A DNA stretch of 64,000 bases from Mizuhopecten yessoensis (Eukaryota): contig NW_018408821.1 in the NCBI RefSeq assembly GCF_002113885.1, positions 827,511 through 891,510 on the forward strand. Direction: 5' to 3'. The notes under the pieces are model-generated. The model was not told where the DNA came from, did no database searches, and saw only the letters and a list, made by a program, of their open reading frames with translations. Below, in pieces: positions 1 to 12,978 of this stretch. Every line of letters begins with the position of its first letter. Within the stretch, counting starts at the first letter, position 1. The position numbers were made by a program, and so were the translations under genes.

Positions 1-362
1 CTATCCGTTCTCCCTTGGGGAGGGGGTAAAGTTTACTATAGTTTATATAGGGAAACAACACTTTTGGGTATATTTTGACAATTTTCTGTTGGAAATTATT
101 TTTACTTGGTCAGAATCATCTTTGGTGGATGACGGTATCAAATTGTAAACTTGGAATTCCTGCCCCATCCCCAGGGGTTAGAGCGGGGCCCCAAAGGGAA
201 CATTTACAAATATTTTAAAATTCTTATCCTTTGATGACATGACAAGTATTGTATTTCACTTAGTTTACATGCTGATTTCCATATCACATCTAAACAATAA
301 AAATAGCTACCAGTACCTATGATATAACTCAGGTGACCGCTGAGGCCCTTGGGCCTCTTGTT
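1..362 (+). mobile_element. 3' part of a non-autonomous Helentron/Helitron-derived (HINE/pearl-like) interspersed repeat
   Basis: Ends in CAGGTGACCGCT-GAGGCCCTTGGGCCTC (short hairpin)-TTGTT. Clearly homologous to 11855-12438 in this window. Confidence 0.65.
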
Positions 363-899
363 AACAGCACCAGTACATGTAAGCTGCTATTGTCAATATA
401 TTTGTCCTTTAGTTTGTTTGGGTGGAAGACGAACACATTGTACTGGGACAAAGGACCTTCATGATCCCTCTAATTGGTGCAGGTTCATAAACAATGTTGA
501 AAATGAGAAAGAAATTAGGTTAGCAGCTTGTGCCCTTGAGCCCCTTATGTACAGTGTACCATTTCAAACACTAATTGTAAGCGTTTAAAAAAAGTACATT
601 CCGTATCTGAATATTTTATCGTTTGTACTTGAGATAGATTTGTTTCTTAATTGGTGTAAGTTATCATGTCCAAAAAGTTGTAGGGTCAATTTAGAAAAGT
701 CAGTGAAAATGACCTATATTCTGGATCTGTGCACGTTTTGTAGACGAAAGTACAGGAGAACCTAGATATAAAGTATGTTGAGAGATCCTTGGATNGGCAA
801 TGGTACCGACGTTTTACAACGAAATACGGTGAATAAAGGCAAACAATATATATAAACAATAGCAGGGAAACTGGTATAATATATGAAGTATGAAAACAA

Positions 900-1139
900 A
901 CAATGACACAGGTTACCGCCCTCAGAAAACTTGAACGAAGTCCAGGGTAGAAATAACCGCCATGTGCTTCTTTCGAGTTGAAGAAAGAGGAAGTTGGAGG
1001 TGCGCGCGCATCCTACACCCGTATGTCCGGTTTGGACAGGGAGTAGTTTCGCATTTGCGCGGGGCATTTGAAACTTTACTTTGGGAGTTAAAGAACTGGT
1101 AGTTGGAGATCATTTGCATAATAATTGGACGTGGTAAGT
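900..1139. promoter_or_regulatory. CpG-rich putative (bidirectional) promoter with a first non-coding exon
   Basis: Local CpG enrichment, YY1-like CCGCCATGT (~957) and TGCGCGCGCA (1001). Strong + donor GTG|GTAAGT at 1133/1134 and a possible - strand donor GCG|GTAACC near 916. Downstream sequence is CpG-depleted. Confidence 0.4.
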
Positions 1140-1409
1140 ATTGTTTTTGATATAAAAAGAAAAAATATTACCAGCTTAGACAATTAAATTAGACAATGTG
1201 TTAGACAGTCTAATTGTATGTGCTGACTTGTGTTACCTGGTATTAATCTCATCAAAACGGGGGTTCCAAAGAAAATATTGCCAAGCTAATGGTATCTAGA
1301 CAAGTAGAAGGAGAATAAAGCAGTGATTGCTCTCCCTTTAAATGTGATTTATATATTTTGAAACTATCTTGATGCCAAAACAGAATTACTACCAATTGTG
1401 ACATAATGT

Positions 1410-1575
1410 CATCCTCGAAATCCATGGGCTCTTGATAAACATACCTTCCCTGTACCCCTGGAATATGTCGTAACAAAATTGAATGTACATGTAAAATCAA
1501 CAGGATTTGAAGTTGAGTAAAGCTGTCCTTCGTAGTTTTCAAAGGACAGGTATTTACCTAGAGATTGGTCAGGTT
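1410..1575 (-). mobile_element. truncated copy of the 360-bp CATCCTCG MITE family
   Basis: Starts CATCCTCGAAATCCATGGG. Internal sequence matches the reverse complement of 19900-19980. Confidence 0.6.
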
Positions 1576-1619
1576 CACCTAAGTGGGATAAGCAATGCAA
1601 AAAAGTTTTGTCCCCAGGC

Positions 1620-1975
1620 TGGAACATAGCAAAGTCCTTGAAAATGATGGTTGTTCATTCCCTGCTTAGCATTCAGTTTTTAGGGGAATCCAGACAAACG
1701 GCTGACTCATAATGTCAGTAAATTTTTACCAGATGGAATACTTTGCTAAGTGCCATTGGTATGGTATTTCATTGAGGTACTGGGTATGTCTAAGCTATCC
1801 AAAATTGTCATTAGATCTGCACTATGGCAAGGAGGAATATACACCAACATACCCTGCCTCCAGCACTCATACAATGGTACACATACATGTATGAATCAGG
1901 TATATGCGTACATTACATGCATACATGGAGTCATGTCTTGAGTGACCTTAGCTGCTAATAGGACGTTAAAACCTT
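1620..1975 (+). mobile_element. degenerate mollusc SINE (MetaSINE-like body and tail)
   Basis: AAAGTCCTTGAAAATGATGGTTGTTCATTCCCTGCTTAGCATTCAG body and GACCTTAGCTGCTAATAGGACGTTAAAC tail. The same tail recurs inverted at ~2060-2115 and direct at ~35675-35740. Confidence 0.45.
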
Positions 1976-3535
1976 ATAATTAAACTTTGGTACAGCAATG
2001 TATACATAGTGAGTTTAGAAATAAGATATTTCTATTTAGGTCATTATACTAGGGTAGATTTGGTTTGGTTTAATTTTGTTTAAAGTCCTATTAACAGCTA
2101 AGGTCATTTAAGGAGGTGCCTCCACGTGTGTAGTGTATGTGTGCTGGCATGTGTGTATGCAGGTGACAGGGTATGTTGGTACATTATACTAGGGTAGACG
2201 AGGAGGTTATACCTTTTGTATTGTCTGGATTTTTTTTATAAAAGGGATTTGCAAATTAAATGAATTCTTGTATTAATTTAGTTATTTTAAATACACATTA
2301 TGGATGTGCATGGGCCTCTCGCTGTAATATTTATTATCATTTATTACATATGAGCATATTAATAACAAAGAAATTGAGATTTGTCTACCTGGTTTTTATG
2401 AATGAAATCCAGACTTACTCTCTGGCACTAGGAATCAGGTGTTTGCTTGCATATTATTGAGCTGTTATAATCCTTACTAATATAAGCCGAGTTGATACTG
2501 TTCACTTGAACATTAAGCTTCAGACAAGCAATGCCCAGGTATACTAAGCCATCTGTTAATATTCTTAACCTGGTCAGCTTCCTTCCATAAGCTTTCTTCC
2601 ACAATCGTTTCACAAGACAGAAGGATGAAATCTCTATCATGAATTTATTAATTAGTATATAGAATTTAAGATCGAGTTGTTGTGAATATTTTTAAAGCAT
2701 AACAATAGTATATCTCGTGAAGTAGTGCATGGTCATATCATCATCAGTAAAATCATGTTTTCAATCTTCGGTTTCTGGCCCATAAGATTCTGCGTATACA
2801 TGAACCTGCATGTACTGTGCTTAACCTTGATTGGTGGAATTTAATGAAATTTTGGGATTATCATATATAATAACTTTCAGCGTCTGAAACTGATGGTAGG
2901 AAGAGTTACTTACAATGTTTAGAATTTATGACTGAATATATTCATAAAAGGACATTTATTATTCTTTGTATCATATTCTGCTACATTCTTGTAGACATAA
3001 TTACAATTTCATGGTAAACATTTGCGTATTATTGACTAGAGGGTACTCGGGCTAACATCTGCCCTACCACAACACGCAGCAGACATGGGGAAAAGTTCCC
3101 AGACTGGAGTATTGCGTAAACAAACTGTTCAAGTCTTTGAAAGCATCTCTAATCTAAAGTTTACCTCGTCACTTCAACAACTGGCAGTACGGTTAATTTG
3201 ATTAAATTTTGATGGCATTAAAAATCTTAAGTAAAAAAATCTTATCCAAATATTTTAATTAATCTGTATGTTTTGCATCAATTCTCCCTGTTCGTTGGTT
3301 TCTATGAGGTTCAATGCATGTGTCGTAAGAGCCAGGGTTATAAGATGGCTGCCAATGGAGATACTGCTGAAAAGAAGGTGTAATATAAAGGAAGCCAGCT
3401 GATAATTATATAAAGATCCAAAAGTATTGCAATGGTGCAGCAGATACATTCTGTTTTCTTCCATTGTCTCCTTTCAATTGTCTCCTAAACAAAGGACAAA
3501 GGAGAAATCCCTTGATTCTGCAGGGCCTCCATTAC

Positions 3536-3910
3536 GAGGCACGGTAGTCTAGTGGTAGGACGCCAGGCTCGTGACCAAAGGGCATTGTGTTGTATCTTTG
3601 AGCAAGATACTTTACTGCGCTTGTTCTGCAAGTTACTTTACTCCGCTTGTTCCAGTCTGCTCAGCTGTAAATGTGTATATGGTTGGGTTGTGCTGTAAAT
3701 GTATAGTGGTTGGGTAGTGCTATAAATGTAGAATGCTAGCTGTGAGCGCCGAAATGGCAGCACCAGCTGTACATGTATGCTCCCCAGGGAGTTGAGAAAG
3801 ATATTGGCTGATTGCAAAGGCCTTATAACCACGGATAATAATTTGTGAACTGCTTTGAGACGACCTACGAAAAGCAGTATATAAGAACCTCAAATTATTA
3901 TTATTATCAT
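3536..3910 (+). mobile_element. tRNA-derived SINE with an L2/CR1-type 3' tail
   Basis: A-box TAGTCTAGTGG with the B-box deleted, TCTTTGAGCAAGATACTTTAC core, TGTGAACTGCTTTGAGACG...GAAAAGCAGTATATAAG tail and (TTA)n end. The head matches 43153-43200. Confidence 0.7.
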
Positions 3911-4904
3911 TAGTTAGCCCTTACAATAACATGCAGTGACATAGAGCAAGCCTAATTCTCTCCCTGTAGGTAGATTGGACATTTTCTATTTTGTTGAAAT
4001 TAATACAATTTCTTCTAATTAAATTGATGTAATTATAAGTAACTGGACAATTTGGTCTCCACAGGAAAAATGCTTCTTTTGATTCTGTTCTTAGAAATCA
4101 AAGACTAGGAACAATTGTTATAAGCCATCTCTTACTTCTTGTTCCCTGACTTTGAACTATATATCTCAAGTGAGAAAGATAAGGTCACTATTGTACCAGC
4201 TGCTGTAGTCAAGATGGAAATATGCTGATTAGCCAGTGATCGGTTGCTGTGCTGGTCAAATATTACCCTGTTGTCTCATCTTCTTGTCAAAAAGAGACCA
4301 TGTTACCTCAACTTCTTGTCACATACCTGTATCATGATAACTCTCTCAGTGGTAAACAGTTATTAGTATTCTGACATTGAAAAGAGGGAGGTTGTTCATT
4401 TACTTTCCACATTTGTTATATTAGATCCCTTGACATAAGTAATGAAATAGCCTGTACTTTGTCACACTGTGACAGAGGGACCTGGGAACTGTGTACAATC
4501 TCCTATCTACATTCACCTTAAGCTTGATATCATTTGTGATATTCAGGAGATTCGAAGGTGTGCTTTTTTCATGAGGATAGAGGAGAGTGTGCCACATTGG
4601 GAACATGCATCTAAATTGCCGGATTCTAAATGGCTGGTGGAGGATAATCCTTTTTTGGGCTAGTCAGTGGACAACTGGAATTTGAATTTTACCTCCTTAG
4701 TGGAGACGAGACACATAGAAAAGGGGCAAAATAGCCTCAGGTGCTGGTCGAATTAAGCCACGTCTGCTTGTACACATGCTCTATTAATATTGGGGCTACT
4801 GCATGTACATGTATGTGTACAGTTGTGTGCAGTATGAGATAGTTTACCTTTTCCTTCAACACCCTATGCTTGGCGACACATCAGCTGCTGGTTATGCAGG
4901 ACTT

Positions 4905-5377
4905 CATAAGAGGTCTAATGAGATCGCATAACTGATCAATATTCAAGGTCACAGGGGTCAAATATGTTTAAAACGTTAAATAACTTCTTCTGAATAACCG
5001 AAATGTAAAGTGTGTTGATATTTGGCCAGTTGCATGCTCAGATGAAGAGCTATCAGGTTTAATTTGTTCATGTTAATGACCTTGACCCACTTTCAATGTC
5101 ACATATTTTCAAAATTGTATAAATGACCTAATCTCAATACAAAAAAATGTCTTCGGTGATGATATTTGGCCAGCTGCATTCTGGGTTCAAGCTCTATGAA
5201 GTTAAATGATCTTGTTTGACTTTTACGGTCACAGGTGTAGAATGTGTTTAAATGTTTGAACAGGTTCTAAATGACTTGGAGTCATAGGTACTGATATTTT
5301 ACCTGTACCTTTACCTAAAGACTACAAATGTGAGATATGTACCAGGGGAGCAATGCAGGCCCGATGGGCCTCTTGTT
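4905..5377 (+). mobile_element. HINE/pearl-like element with ~143-bp internal tandem repeats
   Basis: GATATTTGGCCAG recurs at 5018 and 5161. Ends CAGGGGAGCAATGC-AGGCCCGATGGGCCT-CTTGTT. Confidence 0.6.
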
Positions 5378-8300
5378 TAAGTTACATCCAAAAAAATGTT
5401 TGTAACATTTTAATAGTCTGGGTACATGGAGTGACAAAATTGATTTATCTGTTAGTTTAAAATATTGCGGATCACATTATATCTAAAATATATATATTGT
5501 TAATTTTGGTCGTTACACTTGAACTATCACAAGAAAATGCATTGATACCAAAATACCATTATTTTCTAATTAACGCAAAGATGCAAATGTGCAACAGAGG
5601 TACAAAACATTATAACTTCACCATTCTGATTTGACAGCAAGTCCAGAGCAAGACCTGATGGGGCTGTGAGAACTTAAGTAGTACAAACTCCAGGCTGATA
5701 ATTGGCATAGCAAATCTCATTGACATTTACCAGAAGCAATATTTTCATGAATGGAAGATGGGGGTTTGTGTGTGTAATCCATTTAACATGCCAGCATCTG
5801 TGTTCCTGCTTACACAATATTGTGCTTACACCTTCCTTGAGATAAAGCTGTGGGGTTCCCAACAGGGCATTTCTTGAAATTAGATATGTTCTCATATCAG
5901 ATCTTGTATCATGTTTTTTAACAACAATGAAGGGCTCTCAACGGGTCGAATGGGAGGTCACAGGAATCGTTAGCTAACACAAGAGGATCCAGACATGCTT
6001 GGGATTACTAAGGGACAGGATGGTCAAAGGGATTGGGAAATCACTATAGCCAGAGGACATTTGAACTTTTTAATTTAAATTCAGGGTACACTGGAATTGA
6101 AAACTCAGGGCTGGGGATACTGGAATCGCTTGATATTTCTATGCCGACACTTTTAAGTCATATATTCTAGCTGTAGGTGACATTGGGAATCCCTTCGTAA
6201 CTAGAAGGACATAATTAGTATCTTTTTGCAAACTATGGAGGGGTATTTGAATTGTATGATAACTGTAGGGGGACCAAAATCAATTCCTTATTCGAATGAT
6301 TCTGACAACGGCTAACCTGCCTGATACACCCTTAGACAGAAAAGAAGAGATATAGAGGGAAGCATAATTAGCGCAGGCAGTGGCTAGGGAAAGGGATGGC
6401 ATTGAAATCACTTAATATACTTGTAGTGGGACATATTGGAGTCATTTGATAATTAAATAGGGAATTGGAATAATTTTCTAACTTACTTGAGGGGAATAAA
6501 TCCTTAAGCTTGAGAATCTCTTCCTATATAAAGGGGATTATTGGAATCGGCCAGAGTCACAAGGGAATGTGGATATTTGTGAGTTCTGCAAGCCGACCAG
6601 GGGCTTAAGAATCACTTGCTTAATATAAGGGATATGGAAATCACTAAACCTAGGGGATACAAGAATCATCCGCAGGGAATATAATCGCAGGAATCGCCAT
6701 GTCGGGGTCTACAGAACACTGGTTTCACGTGTTTACTGATGTGTCAATAGTTTCACCTGAATAATTGCATGTAACTTTAAAAGTGTACTGAATGTTTTTG
6801 ACATGTTGTTCATGGGAAGTAAAATCAGAGGTGACATAATTTGAGGATCGTTTGTACTTTTTCGTGTTTGCTTCGAATTCTTGCACATGCCCACACAGCC
6901 TGATTCACTGAACATGGCAGTGTGCTGTAAGTAAGGCATTTGTGTTGAGACAAATTACCACCATGTCACTGTTAATTAACATGAATGTCAAAGTTTACAC
7001 AAACATGTTCTCCATTCAAGGTTGTTCATCAGTCTACTTTGAGTTAGATAATGTAATTGGCACTAATTGTTTCCATTCCTCTCTGTTTACTGTGGCCTCC
7101 TCTGATTATTGATAGGTTTCATGTCTGGTGTTTTCTATTCACCAATTGTTCGAAATATTTTAAGATATTATTCCTTGGTACAAGCTTTAGTATTCAGAGG
7201 TCAAAATTGTTTTTGTATCAAAAATGTTCTTTGTTCGAAAATTGTTTTGATCTGGAAGTTTGTACTGTAACATGTACAAATTCTATGGGGGAACTTGACT
7301 GATACATTGGACTCTCACTTTGACTTGTATTTGTTACAGCTAGGACAAGCATATTGATTTATGAATTCTCTATTTCACTTTTGGGGACAGATTTGACATG
7401 CCAAATCTTCTATTCAACTTTGGAAGGTTATTCAGGTATAAGGGGGGCCGTGGTGGACTGTTATGCAAGCTTAAATGAACTCAAATCAGATTATCACTGT
7501 ACAATTGGGTAGTCAATGTAAAAAAACAATTAAATTTCAGTTTATATATACACAGTAGGTGATTCTTGATAACATAGGTACATACACATTTGATTTTCTT
7601 TCGATTTAAGTCACTGGTGGATGACGACGCTTGGGATCAGTGTTTTCAAACGGTTTATCTGTATTTTGAGGTTTAACCCTTAAATGATGACACTCAAAAT
7701 ACTTTGCACAACACAATTTGTGATTCGGGTGCACAGCAAAATTTAACCCCCGCGAAGATTATGTACTAGTACTACATGAACACGAAATATTGACCCCCCC
7801 CCCCCCCAAATTTAAAGCACTATGGGTAGTCGATTCATGATATAAATTCCAGTTTGACTCCTAGGTGTATGACAGGTATTCCACTGATACATATTTTCTG
7901 TTTGACATTGAAGGGAGGGTATTTGTTTGACTCATACACTTTCTTTGCTTTACTGAGGGTTAATCAATTTCGTACAATTTCTCTGTCAGGGTAACAGAGG
8001 GGTATTACACTAATAACCCAGGTTCAACTGTACTTGACCTGATCTACAAGGTACTATAAACAGTATTGCAATGGAAGTTCAACGTAATGGGTTAGAGAGG
8101 AAGTGCTCCAATCTCAAGCTTCATTCATCAAGATCAGACTGTAGATACCTCGAGATATTCTACCATTGTTGGAATTAGGTAAGCTTGGATCAGCGGTGTA
8201 ATGGGTCTTGGTAATTTGCTCAGCTAGTATTTTACTGATAAATGTGAAGACTGGTGGTGTTGTGTCAGGTATGCGAGGATTGCTGGTACTGCCAACAGTG

Positions 8301-9383
8301 TGTCAGATGGGTAGTCTCTATGGGAAAGGCTTCAAATATTTGATAAGATATGTATACGTTATGTTGCATCACTGCAAAGGAAGGCATACTCTAGAATCCA
8401 TTTTGATGAGTTCTCGTAGATGTTTTGCAAAGTTGTTTCAGTGCAGTATACCTAAGCATTGTCTGATTCCTGTTGGCATTCATATTACCTATAAATGCCA
8501 ACTGAAATCAGATCTATATACTTATATTTTTAGCTCACCTGCCCTTTGAACCTTTGTAAGATTTGTAAATAAATGCAATGCCAATGTCAGTATTTCATTT
8601 CCTGATAGCTATAGGCCTGTGCACTCTCTATCTGATATGTAAGTACTAGGTTTCTAGGAAATGAGGCATTTTATTGACAATGTTTGAATCGCTGCATATA
8701 AGATCGGGTATATTGGGTCATCAGCCAGGATTTGATTGACACAAATAGCTTTCTTTATCTTTATTATCAGCAATTGATCTGTACATATAGGTCATTTATG
8801 TAGCAAAATTGGTTTTTAGATCGAAACTCAAAAAGATCTGTATGGCATTTTGCCTAGTTCAACTTTAGAAATGACAGTGTGTGTGTGTGATTAATTCTGA
8901 GATATCTTGTTATTATTGATGAAATGTCTTTTACTTACGGTGCCAGCTGCTGAAACCCACACTTTACATGCTAGTTTGTGCCAATATAAAGTCATATATG
9001 GTTCTAATACATGTTGTATACAGAATCTTAAACCTGGTGTCCAAGTATACATGGGTTTTTTCCCTGGAAAGAATTAATGGTACATATGATGAACTGTCCA
9101 TGCTTGCACACTGATGATATTATACATTTGTATGTAACAGGCACAGCGTGATATAACACCAACACTTTTGAGCCGACCTCAAACTTAATTAACACTCAAA
9201 CTGTATTTGCCTCAGGCTTGAAATAGCAACTAAAAGACACTCAAGCTCAGCTTCAGCTTGAAGCAGATTTGTACACATGCATGTTAATGTTGGTGATGCA
9301 TGTTTAATTGGGGCCTGAGGTTGACGACTTCATTGTTAAAGAACTTAGTATTGCAATGAATAGTACCATACATGTATCATTAA

Positions 9384-9891
9384 AGCTGACAGTGCAAGTT
9401 TAAAAGCTTTTAATTGAGATTAAAAAATCAATAAAAAAAATCTGGTTTTGAGATCTTCCCCATCTATTCTGACTCGCTTCTAAGGAAATGCCAACACTTT
9501 AGTTTGTTCTTTGCTTGGTAACGAGTATGGGTCTCGCTGGGTATAAAAAGCGCATTACCTGTCAAACCAGTTATCATTCTACAACTCTCCGTCTTGTGGT
9601 TCAATGCACCGGGCCCCCTGATCAGCAACCGATATCAAAAATCAAAAGCACTCGCCCGACGACTTTGAAACACAGTCACAAATGATAACCGGTTTGACGG
9701 GTAATGCGCTTTTTATACCCAGCGAGACCCATACTCGTTACCATGCAAGAAAGCACAAACTAACATGTCGGCACTTGACCTTAGAAATGATAGTCGGAAG
9801 AGACGGGGAAGATCTTGAAACAAGAAAAGAAAATCATACTTTTTAAAAAAAATCTCAATTGAAAGCTTTTTACCTTGCACTACTGTCATCT
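9384..9891. mobile_element. TTAA-flanked foldback MITE (Kolobok-like termini AG...CT)
   Basis: TTAA at 9380-9383 and 9892-9895. ~200-bp inverted arms whose inner ~75 bp are nearly perfect (9515-9590 vs 9681-9750), around a ~90-bp spacer. Confidence 0.75.
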
Positions 9892-10903
9892 TTAAGTATA
9901 ACCTACGTACAGTATATCACACTTTACTACCGGTACACGTACTTAACTGTTAGTTACCATTACAAGTACACAACATTGTACACACTGCCCTTAATTGTTG
10001 AATGCTTAATTAAAGTGGAAATTTTCACATTCCTGTTATGACTCTTTACACAGATCGCTGTGTGGAAATTGCATTGGCAAAAGTTCACAAATATATATAG
10101 TCTATATATCTAATCCATATAACCTATATATATGCACATATGGATAGTTCCACACTAATTTACTCAAAATGATAAATGTGAAAATATTCGACTCATGAAC
10201 ATTTCCGCTTTAAACTTGTATCATAAAGTTTTGAAACTTTCTGCAAGTAGAGGATTTGAAGCCTCTTTTATTTCATTACCCAATTTTCCAAACCTTTAAT
10301 TACTTTTACTAGATACGGCATACTGGGAAATTTCGCTACTGTAAACCTTTCGCCTGCTGCAATGAGGGCACGTTTATCCTCATAATAAATTTAAGTACAC
10401 AAAATATATATATTACATTTGTAATTACTATTGATTGTGAAAAGATTCATGTAGCACAACCAATAAGTGTTTATATGTGACGATATGTACTCCATCACCT
10501 TCATCAGACAAATGACCAGTGGAGCGTATGTACAAAAAGATATAAAAGATGTACGAGTTGTCCATACAAATCGATGTCTATTCGGCTACACTGTAATTAA
10601 AGCATACGGACAATTAGTTGTTTATATATGTACCGAAATGACTCGATTAGGCTATCTGTTTAATACTTGGTTATAGATATGCAAGAGTCTTGTGAGCATT
10701 TCTCTTTGATCTATTTATGACAATTATTTACAATAACAATGTTATTAGCCCTAGGTCTATGTTTTATGTATCTTATAAGACTCTTTCATGCCCAGGGATG
10801 TAGTAACAATTATTGCAATGGGAACCATCATTTTACGACACATAAGTAGTCCCGACAAAAAACGTGTTAATGGAAATATGACAATTGTATTATTTATTTG
10901 CAG

Positions 10904-11028
10904 CTGACATATATGACATTGTTGAGACCGCGATTGAAGAAAAAGGACTTGATTGTGAGTGTGTGGGTGGTGGAAGGATAGATCATGATCCTGGCAACAA
11001 AAGAATCAAGATTTACGGATACTCAAAG
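10904..11028 (+). CDS. PHPT1: 14-kDa phosphohistidine phosphatase (Janus/Ocnus family), penultimate coding exon
   Basis: AG|...|GT-bounded 125-nt exon reading (A)DIYDIVETAIEEKGLDCECVGGGRIDHDPGNKRIKIYGYSK. Matches the family motifs ADIYD, CECxGGGRI and IxxYGYS. Confidence 0.93.
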
Positions 11029-11090
11029 GTACGTGTAGTGTAACTGATCTAAAACACTATCAGGACACTAGATAATTTAAGGCATCAACT

Positions 11091-11545
11091 AAGTTCCAAA
11101 TTTGATCTGGGTATTCACCAGGCCCAAAGTTCCAAATTTGATCTGGGTATTCACCAGGCCCAAAGTTCCAAATTTGATCTTGGTAATCACCAGGCCCAAA
11201 GTTCCAAATTTGATCTTGGTATTCACCAGGCCCAAAGTTCCAAATTTGATCTGGGTAATCACCAGGCCCAAAGTTTCAAATTTGATCTTTGTAATCACTA
11301 GGCCCAAAGTTCCAAATTTGATCTGGGTATTCCCCATGCAGGCCCTCAGTTCCTAATTTTGATCTGGGTATTCCCCATGCAGGCCCTCAGTTCCTAATTT
11401 TGATCTGGTTATTCCCTAGGCCCAAAGTTCCAAATTTGTTATCTGGGTATTCCCACTAGGCCTTAAGTCCCAAATTTGATCTAGCTAGGTATTCCCCTGG
11501 CCCAGAGTTCAAAATTTGATATCTGGGTATACCCCAGGCCCAATC
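11091..11545. repeat. 36-bp minisatellite (AAGTTCCAAATTTGATCTGGGTATTCACCAGGCCCA), ~12 copies
   Basis: Direct tandem repeats that decay towards the 3' end. Explains the 12-aa-periodic ORFs. Confidence 0.95.
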
Positions 11546-11689
11546 TCTTGGACTTGGCCCCTATCTGGCCAGTATGCCCACTGCTCATTCCTATTTTAAA
11601 ATTAGATGTTTTGCTTTTCTTCACAAAAGTTGAATGTTAACATTTTGTAAAGCAATGGGTCAAGTGTATGTCCTGCTGGCAGTGACAGT

Positions 11690-12438
11690 GTAATGGTCAC
11701 TTTTTGGTATCACACTCCACACACTAAGGGAAAATTAACCAATATTTTTAAAATGTTCTTCTTCAGACTTTTTTGTACTACTATCAAATTCTGTGCATTG
11801 ATGAAAATTCCATCAGCGGCTTTATCAATTTTTCGATTTCGTTACCCCCGGGCCATCCATTCTCGCTTGGGGAGGGGGTAAAGTTGACTCTAGTTTATAT
11901 AGGGAAATAACAATTTTTGGTATAAAATTTGTCCATTTTTAGCAGGAATGATTATGGTGCCAGTTGGCAATTAGACGGTATGAGTAAATAAGATCCTGCC
12001 CCATCCCCAGGGGCTGGATGGGTGGAGCCCAAATGGGGAAAATCAAATGTTAAAAAAACTTCTTCATCAGACTCAGATGTTTTACAAACAAACTATATCA
12101 TGTCCATTTTCAGCAAGAAATAATTCAAACTTGATTGGAATAGTTATAATGAAATTGAAATCGAATAGTATCAGAAAGTAAGATCCTGACCTAGCTATCC
12201 CAGGGGTTGGCCAGGAAGGACAATTGGTTAATTGAGAGTAGATATTATATTTCTCAAAAGCAAAATTATTTATTTGAATAGTTTTTAAAGTTCTAAACCT
12301 TTGGTGACATAACAAGTATTGTATTTCACTCTGTTTACATGTTGATTTCCTCATCACATCTCAACAATAAAATTGAGTACCAGTATCTATAATATACATG
12401 TAACTGAGGTTACCGCTAAGGGCCTTGGGCCTCTTGTT
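11690..12438 (+). mobile_element. HINE/pearl-like interspersed repeat (same family as 1-362)
   Basis: Homologous to 1-362. Ends GAGGTTACCGCTAAGGGCCTTGGGCCTCTTGTT. The 5' boundary is approximate. Confidence 0.6.
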
Positions 12439-12978
12439 AGTTTTTTTGTCAGCGGTGTCGTCATCGGTAGTATCGTCCGAAACAAGGTTTCTTGTGATAA
12501 CTTGAGTTCCCTTAGGTTGATTGAACTCACACCTGGTACACATATTGCATACTAATATAGCTCAGACGAGTTCACATTTCAGAAGTTTTCATGCATTTTT
12601 GGTGGAGTTATGCCCCTTTTATTGCCAAATAAGGGCATTGTGTATTAAATGGAAGAACTACTTTTTTTAATCAATTCCTATCAAATTTTGTATGGTAATG
12701 CTAGAAGCAATAATGTTCAACATATATATATCAGGTTTTTCTGTCAAGTTTCAACTTTCCGTGTTTTTGCATATCACACTTGCCATAGCAACGCTGTTCA
12801 TCGTTTTTGCTGTTAAATTTTGCTTGTTTACACGATAACTCAAGCCAAAACACTTTTCTCAGTAAAAGCGCTGAGCAGGCGACACATCCACTCCTGTGGA
12901 ATTGTTGTGTTAAAAATTCCTCAAAATATTCTTGGCAGTTAATTTGGTCAATATTCAAAGTTAACTGATACATCTAAA

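Noticed and set aside
3345-3460. Decayed PHPT1 exon 1 (MAANGDTAEKK...DPKVL...RYIL); also GKGFKYLIR near 8322
   Set aside because: Only a few matching residues, stops or frameshifts in the first candidate, no IVRG...H block and no suitable donor. Indistinguishable from chance.
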